This document shows positions 58,853 to 64,000 of a stretch of 64,000 bases of DNA, piece after piece. The notes under the pieces were generated by a model. The model was not told where the DNA came from. It did not search any database and worked only from the letters and a program-made list of their open reading frames with translations. Each line of letters begins with the position of its first letter. Within the stretch, counting starts at the first letter, position 1. The DNA is taken from the NCBI GenBank assembly GCA_963662315.1, contig OY759353.1, positions 3,840,001-3,904,000 of the forward strand. Reading direction: 5' to 3'. The stretch is from Geopsychrobacteraceae bacterium (GTDB taxonomy: Bacteria > Desulfobacterota > Desulfuromonadia > Desulfuromonadales > Geopsychrobacteraceae). The position numbers and the translations under genes were made by a program.

Positions 58853-60343
58853 TCAGCCAAGTTCACTGACCGGTTGTTGAAGAGACTCCAACGCTTCAGA
58901 CGCAACCCGGCTGGAATCCGTTGATTTGCCATCCCAGGCGGCCGGATCAATATCGAGATCGGCAAATTGCTCCGGATGAAAGACCGGATGCTCAATTCCG
59001 GCTTTGAGCTGGGCGCGATAGTCAGCCAGCAGCCTGGTGACAATCGGAAACATCATCATCATCGCCAGCAAATTGACCACGGCCAGAACGCCCATCAACG
59101 GATCGGAAAAGAAGAACACATCGGTCGCCCCAGGAGCTGTGGATCCGACAAACAGTACGGTAATAACAGCGATACGCAGGACCATGACCGCTGCTTTTTT
59201 CTGGGTCAGAAAGGTCAACGCGTTCTCACCCAGATAGTAGTTGTAGATGATAGAACTGAAGGAGAAGAGCAGGATGGCGGCGGTCAGGAAGTATTGCGAC
59301 CAGGCCCCAACCTGAGACACCAGCGACTGCTGGGTCAGCACCACGCCGTCGATCGATTCGGCGCCGGGGACATAAACATCACTGAGTAAAATCAGGAAAG
59401 CGGTACAGCTGCAGATCACAATGGTGTCAATAAAGACCGACAGCGACTGGGTAATCCCCTGGCTGATGGGATGGTTGACTTTGGCTGTTGCGGCAACGTT
59501 TGGTGCTGACCCTAACCCTGCTTCATTGGAAAACAGGCCACGGCGTAGTCCCTGAGTCAAGGCCGCGCCCATACCACCGCTTACCGCTTCCTGAAAACCG
59601 AAAGCATTTTGAACGATGCTGCTGAACACTGCGGGAATTTCAGAAATATTCAGAATGATAATCAGGACGGCCATGCCCAGATAACCGATTGCCATCACCG
59701 GGACGACGACATCGGCGACTTTTGCAATGCGCTGGATGCCACCAAAAACAATGAAGGCGGCAATAATAGCCAACAGTGAACCGGTCCAGATACGTTCGAT
59801 GCCCAGGCTGTCAAGGGCTGCTCCAGCTACGGTATTGCCTTGAAAGGCGTTAAAGCCAAGGGCAAATGCGGCAATCATGCAGACCGCGTAGATAGCGGCA
59901 AACCACTTATAGTCTTTACCTAAACCATGGAGAATGGCGCGCGCCGGGCCACCTCGAAAGGTACCATCACCGTTGGCGCGTTTGAAAACCTGGGCCAGGG
60001 TGCTTTCGACCAGACTAGTCGCCATGCCGACCAGGGCGATCATCCACATCCAGAAGACGGCCCCGGGTCCGCCCAGGGTTATGGCGACCGCAACACCGGC
60101 AATGTTTCCTCCGCCGACCCGGCCGCCAACCGACAGCAGAAGCGCTTCGCGGCCTGAGATTGTTTTGTTGTCCAGGTTCTGATTCTGCCCTTTCAGGACC
60201 TGGAACATACGGATGAAAAATTGGAATTGGACAAAGCGACTGGAAATAGTGAAAAAGAGACCGATAATGACGAGAAAGGGAATCAACGCCCAGCCCCAGG
60301 TCAGATCTCCGATGGTTCCAAATAGTGAATGCAAAAATTCCAT
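58853..60343 (-). CDS. Alanine/glycine:cation symporter (AGCS), probable glutamine importer
   Basis: Motifs GNIAGVA, GGPGAVFWMW, RGLFSNEAGLGS and VFIDTIVIC; ATG at 60343 with GGAGG RBS. Confidence 0.9.
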   Translation of the reverse strand: MEFLHSLFGTIGDLTWGWALIPFLVIIGLFFTISSRFVQFQFFIRMFQVLKGQNQNLDNKTISGREALLLSVGGRVGGGNIAGVAVAITLGGPGAVFWMWMIALVGMATSLVESTLAQVFKRANGDGTFRGGPARAILHGLGKDYKWFAAIYAVCMIAAFALGFNAFQGNTVAGAALDSLGIERIWTGSLLAIIAAFIVFGGIQRIAKVADVVVPVMAIGYLGMAVLIIILNISEIPAVFSSIVQNAFGFQEAVSGGMGAALTQGLRRGLFSNEAGLGSAPNVAATAKVNHPISQGITQSLSVFIDTIVICSCTAFLILLSDVYVPGAESIDGVVLTQQSLVSQVGAWSQYFLTAAILLFSFSSIIYNYYLGENALTFLTQKKAAVMVLRIAVITVLFVGSTAPGATDVFFFSDPLMGVLAVVNLLAMMMMFPIVTRLLADYRAQLKAGIEHPVFHPEQFADLDIDPAAWDGKSTDSSRVASEALESLQQPVSELG

Positions 60344-60492
60344 GATACCTCCCTGTTGTGTAATCAAGCTGTCTACCAGAGGTTCCTGATGGCAGCTTAT
60401 TAATCCCGGCAACAGCAAAAAGCCCCAAGGCACTCAACGCCTTAATTTTGCTGGTTGGCCGGAGAATGTGGCAACAATTAGAACGTAGGTTT

Positions 60493-60508
60493 AGCAACAC
60501 CGGTGCCA
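60493..60508 (-). promoter_or_regulatory. sigma54 promoter of the AGCS-glsA-gdh operon
   Basis: Minus strand TGGCAC-CGGTG-TTGCT, a consensus -24/-12 site. Confidence 0.85.
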
Positions 60509-60585
60509 GTTTTAAGGGAATCTGATAACTAGCTGAAATCATAAAATAATGAACTGCTCATTGACGTTCTTGCGGCCGTCTTGAA

Positions 60586-60694
60586 GGGTATGGCAAAAGC
60601 TATGGGTGGTGAGTGCCGATAAGGTTAAAGTGCGGTGAATACAGGAGGTCGCCTGGGTATGGCAAAAACTATGAAGATAGCTTTTGCCATACCC
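60586..60694. promoter_or_regulatory. Three 18-bp repeats, candidate enhancer sites
   Basis: GGGTATGGCAAAA(G/A)CTAT at 60586-60603 and 60655-60672, inverted at 60677-60694. Confidence 0.7.
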
Positions 60695-60833
60695 TTTTGT
60701 GGGGATGACGGTTTAGGAAATGAGGATTTTTGATCAGAGTTTCCTCGGGGAAGTGATTAGCGCTTTCAGCTAACATTGAAATGTGTTAGTTTTTGTTAAT
60801 GGCGGGGTTATGTGCTTGCTTACGCGAGGGTTT

Positions 60834-62000
60834 ATGACCGGTTCAGATTTTGTACATTTAAGAAAATATGTCACGCCTGAAATCATTTTCGGTAGTGGCT
60901 CCAGGCATTTTGCCGGCCGTTATGCTGCGCAGTTTGCTGCTGGAAAGGTGTTACTGGTTTCTGATAAGCAGGTGGCAGCGACGCCATGGTTTACTGATGT
61001 CTGTACCAGCCTAGACAAGTCAGGTATTTCTTATGTGCCGTTTACAGATATTTCGCCAAATCCTCGCGTTGAACAGGTCCGGGCCGGGGTGGACGTGTAC
61101 CGCCGTGAGCAGTGTGATGTCATTGTTGCCGTTGGCGGAGGCAGTCCCATGGACTGCGCCAAAGCTATCGGAATTGCCAGTTCAAATCAGCAGGATATTC
61201 TTGATTTTGTCGGTGTTGACCGGATCCTTCTGCCTGTTCCTCCGTTTATTTTTATTCCGACTACCGCAGGCTCTTCCGCAGATGTTTCCCAGTTTTGTAT
61301 CATTCTCGACACGGCCGAGGCCCAAAAGGTTGCTATTGTCAGTAAAGCCATCGTTCCGGATGTTGCTTTGATCGACCCCGAGTGTACTCTGTCGGCGGAT
61401 CTGTATCTGACGGCCTGTAGTGGTATTGATGCGTTGACTCATGCGATTGAAGCTTTTGTATCGACCGGTAGCGGTGTGTTGACCGATAGCTCTGCCTTAG
61501 AAGCGATCAAATTGCTTCATGCCAACCTTCCCGGGCTGATGCAGGCTCCTTTGGATATTGAGTTGCGCAGTAAGATCATGCTGGGGAGCATGAAAGCCGG
61601 CCTGGCTTTTTCCAATGCCAGTCTGGGGGCGGTCCACGCCATGGCGCATAGCCTGGGAGGCGCCCTTGATATGGCCCATGGCGAGTGCAATGCCATGCTG
61701 CTTAATCATGTGATCGCGTTTAATTATGACGCGGCACCGGAACGTTTTGTCCGTATCGCAGCAGCTATTGGATTGCCGGTTAAAGGGGAGACCCATGCCG
61801 GTGTGAAAAAATGTTTGCTGCAGGATATTGAGCGGTTTAAACAACGCGCCGGTATTGTGCGTACTTTGCGGGATAAGGGGGTCGGCATGGCTGATCTGCC
61901 TCATCTGTCATATAAAGCCATGTCAGATGCCTGTATGTTAACCAACCCGCGCAGAGCGTCTCAGGCTGATATCAGAACAATTTTTGCCGAAGCGATGTGA
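60834..62000 (+). CDS. Iron-containing alcohol dehydrogenase, ErcA-like
   Basis: Motifs LRKYVTPEIIFG, GGGSPMDCAK, PTTAGSSADVSQF, DALTHAIE and HAMAHSLGG. Confidence 0.85.
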   Translation: MTGSDFVHLRKYVTPEIIFGSGSRHFAGRYAAQFAAGKVLLVSDKQVAATPWFTDVCTSLDKSGISYVPFTDISPNPRVEQVRAGVDVYRREQCDVIVAVGGGSPMDCAKAIGIASSNQQDILDFVGVDRILLPVPPFIFIPTTAGSSADVSQFCIILDTAEAQKVAIVSKAIVPDVALIDPECTLSADLYLTACSGIDALTHAIEAFVSTGSGVLTDSSALEAIKLLHANLPGLMQAPLDIELRSKIMLGSMKAGLAFSNASLGAVHAMAHSLGGALDMAHGECNAMLLNHVIAFNYDAAPERFVRIAAAIGLPVKGETHAGVKKCLLQDIERFKQRAGIVRTLRDKGVGMADLPHLSYKAMSDACMLTNPRRASQADIRTIFAEAM

Positions 62001-62009
62001 CGATAAAAT

Positions 62010-63050
62010 CTATGGCTCTGGCAGGTTGGGGACGTCTGATCCGAGCAGTATGGCCAGCCAGCGGGTCGATTCATTCACTTCCAGAGCAATTTTTACAATC
62101 ATGGTCAGCGGCACGGAAAGCAGCATGCCGACCGGTCCCAGAATCCAACCCCAGAAAACCAAAGAGAGAAAGACCACCAGCGCAGACAAGCCAAGCTTCT
62201 GTCCCATCATGCGCGGTTCAATGATACTCCCCATAACCAGATTGGTTGCCAGATAGACCAGCGCGACCAGCAATGACGGGAAAATCCCAAGTTGCACCAG
62301 GGCGAGTAAAATAGCCGGAATCGCCGCGATAATCGAGCCGATATTGGGAACGTAATTAAGCAGAAACGCGATCATGCCCCACAATAACGGGTAGTCAAGA
62401 CCGAGCAGGAGCAGGGCTACCGCGATGACAATCCCGGTTACAAAGCTGACCAGGGTCTTAATGGCCAGATACTGTTTGACACCATCGACGAACAGATCGA
62501 AGGTCGCCAGGGATGTATCGGCATCGAGCAGGGCGGCCCGCAGTTTTCCCGGCATGCCAGCTGCTTCGAGGAGGATGAAAATAACGGTGAGCAGAATCAT
62601 GAACGAGTTGGTCAGCACCCCGCCGGCGGTGGCCAGCATACTGGCTGCTGATTGCATGATGGCACCCGGGTCGAAATGTTCAAGAATAATATTTTTTGAC
62701 AAGTGAATACCGAAGGATTCAAGCCAGGTGAACATCTCGAGGGTCTGCAGACGTAACTTCTGCTGGTAGGTCGGTAGTTGGGTGGTGAAATCATTTACCG
62801 ATGTTCCGACTATGGTCAGGACCCCCAGGCCACCGAGCATGACCACGGAGATAACAATAAGCATGGCCAGAGACGCCGGTACTTTTCTTTTTTGGAGCCA
62901 GAAAAAAGGACCGGCGCAGATGATCGAAATAAAAAAAGCCAGTAAAAATGGGACGATCAGAGCCTGTGCAGTTTTAAGGCCGGCAAAGATAATGATCAAT
63001 GCCGCCAGGATCAGCAGTACACGGTTGCTTTTATGAGGAGTTTTGGACAT
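62010..63050 (-). CDS. AI-2E family transporter
   Basis: Motifs YLAIKT, LNYVPNIGS and FWGWILGPVGMLLSVPLT. Confidence 0.92.
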   Translation of the reverse strand: MSKTPHKSNRVLLILAALIIIFAGLKTAQALIVPFLLAFFISIICAGPFFWLQKRKVPASLAMLIVISVVMLGGLGVLTIVGTSVNDFTTQLPTYQQKLRLQTLEMFTWLESFGIHLSKNIILEHFDPGAIMQSAASMLATAGGVLTNSFMILLTVIFILLEAAGMPGKLRAALLDADTSLATFDLFVDGVKQYLAIKTLVSFVTGIVIAVALLLLGLDYPLLWGMIAFLLNYVPNIGSIIAAIPAILLALVQLGIFPSLLVALVYLATNLVMGSIIEPRMMGQKLGLSALVVFLSLVFWGWILGPVGMLLSVPLTMIVKIALEVNESTRWLAILLGSDVPNLPEP

Positions 63051-63192
63051 GACTCTGATATCCGGTACTTTATCAGTGAAGAGTTCTATCGACTTTGACG
63101 GGTTCCACTCAAATAAACCGCATGTCTGATGTCCTTGTCAATAACTTCAGAAAACCGGAGTGATTTTTGTCGCAGCAGGGTACGGCTGGTGG

Positions 63193-63627
63193 TTATTTCA
63201 GTGTGCAGCGCAGCATTTTGACACCGTCCCGAAAGTAGACTTCCATTTTGTTGGGATTGATGGTGTTGATGACGCGTCCCATACCAAAAACCGAGTGTTG
63301 TATGATATCACCGGTTTTGAAAACGGTTTTAAAGCTGTAAGGAACAGCATCGGAGGCCTTGCTTTCGTTAAGCTGAGCGGCCCATTCCAGTTCAGTTTTT
63401 GCTACTTTGGCCGGCCTGCTGGCTGTCGATGATAGCGCACTTTTGTTGCGTTCCGATTTGACGGTGGGCGCTGCACTGCGGTAATTGTGAGTACTACCAC
63501 AGGTGTTGCATTCAACCCGAACTACCTTGCCGTCAACCATGGCAACGATGGTGTGGTTGGTGACATCTTTGCATTTACTGCACCGGGAGGCGATGTAATC
63601 TCCGGCGGATAATTTTTTTTCAGACAT
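63193..63627 (-). CDS. Conserved hypothetical Zn-ribbon protein
   Basis: CSKC..NHTIVAM..CNTCGSTH and a C-terminal GDIIQHSVFGMG. Confidence 0.75.
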   Translation of the reverse strand: MSEKKLSAGDYIASRCSKCKDVTNHTIVAMVDGKVVRVECNTCGSTHNYRSAAPTVKSERNKSALSSTASRPAKVAKTELEWAAQLNESKASDAVPYSFKTVFKTGDIIQHSVFGMGRVINTINPNKMEVYFRDGVKMLRCTLK

Positions 63628-63758
63628 ACATACTCCTTGGGAAAGGGACCCGTTTTACCCTTTGCTCGTCGCACTGTCAATCCTCTTTCCTGGTGGATCG
63701 TCAAAAATAAGGTTGTGCCTGTGGCATAGACGGGGGGATTCTGGGAGTTGCAGCAGTG

Positions 63759-64000
63759 TTAAAGGCGATGAATTTCTTGCGCCCATTTAACCGCATCAAG
63801 ATACACCTGTGGTAGCAGCTGCTCGTCAATGCCAAGTTTTGCAGCATTATCGGACAGGCTGTCCCATTCCCCCTTCTCCATGGCTTTGACGAGTTCAAGG
63901 ATGTGGCCCAGTGGTCCTGTTGCATTGACCAAGGCGGCCTGAATATCCTCTTCAACCTGAATTTCATTAAGAATCTCGTCAATGGGGCGGGACATGATTA
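63759..64000 (-). CDS. C-terminus of an EAL/HDOD-like protein (5' end outside window)
   Basis: The tail M.RP..EIL..I....DI..AL....GPL..IL.L..A.EKGEW...YLDAVKWA is typical of YuxH-like HDOD proteins. Confidence 0.6.
   Translation of the reverse strand, partial: IMSRPIDEILNEIQVEEDIQAALVNATGPLGHILELVKAMEKGEWDSLSDNAAKLGIDEQLLPQVYLDAVKWAQEIHRL

Overview
Bacterial chromosomal window. The gene content (glnE, REC-J-TPR protein, large NAD-GDH, sigma54 systems) suggests a Desulfuromonadales-like deltaproteobacterium, which is an inference. Ordinary backbone occupies about 1-11.1 kb (glnE, ttcA, lytic transglycosylase, FadR plus a decayed DHDPS-like gene, garR, glycerate kinase, pyk) and about 26.4-64 kb (nitrilase, CHASE kinase, YbhGFSR-like ABC, RND efflux, glnK-amtB, LTA synthase-eptA-dgkA-two-component cluster, sigma54 glutamine-catabolic cluster, Fe-ADH, AI-2E). 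Between them lies an accessory island of about 15 kb (11.2-26.2 kb). It carries a TIR/NDT-like gene, a group IIC intron 3' fragment, and three tandem units, each built as [Y1/HUH RAYT-like transposase with 24-bp terminal inverted repeats]-[truncated orphan toxin tip]-[immunity]-[toxin]-[promoter]-[structured non-coding repeat]. The three toxins share a ~130-aa N-terminal domain I do not recognise but carry different tips (HExxE..AH domain, EndoU RNase, HAE/CxxC deaminase). Each tip+immunity cassette (787-850 bp) is bounded by a 10-bp site, GTTCCAAACA on the minus strand, read as V-P-N (one boundary is the variant ATTGCAAACA). The units and foreign fragments are cut sharply at the RAYT end GGAGTTCC. 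The best candidate for an undescribed system is therefore a cassette-swapping polymorphic toxin family associated with a RAYT-like HUH element. All family assignments come from motif recognition by eye, not database searches.
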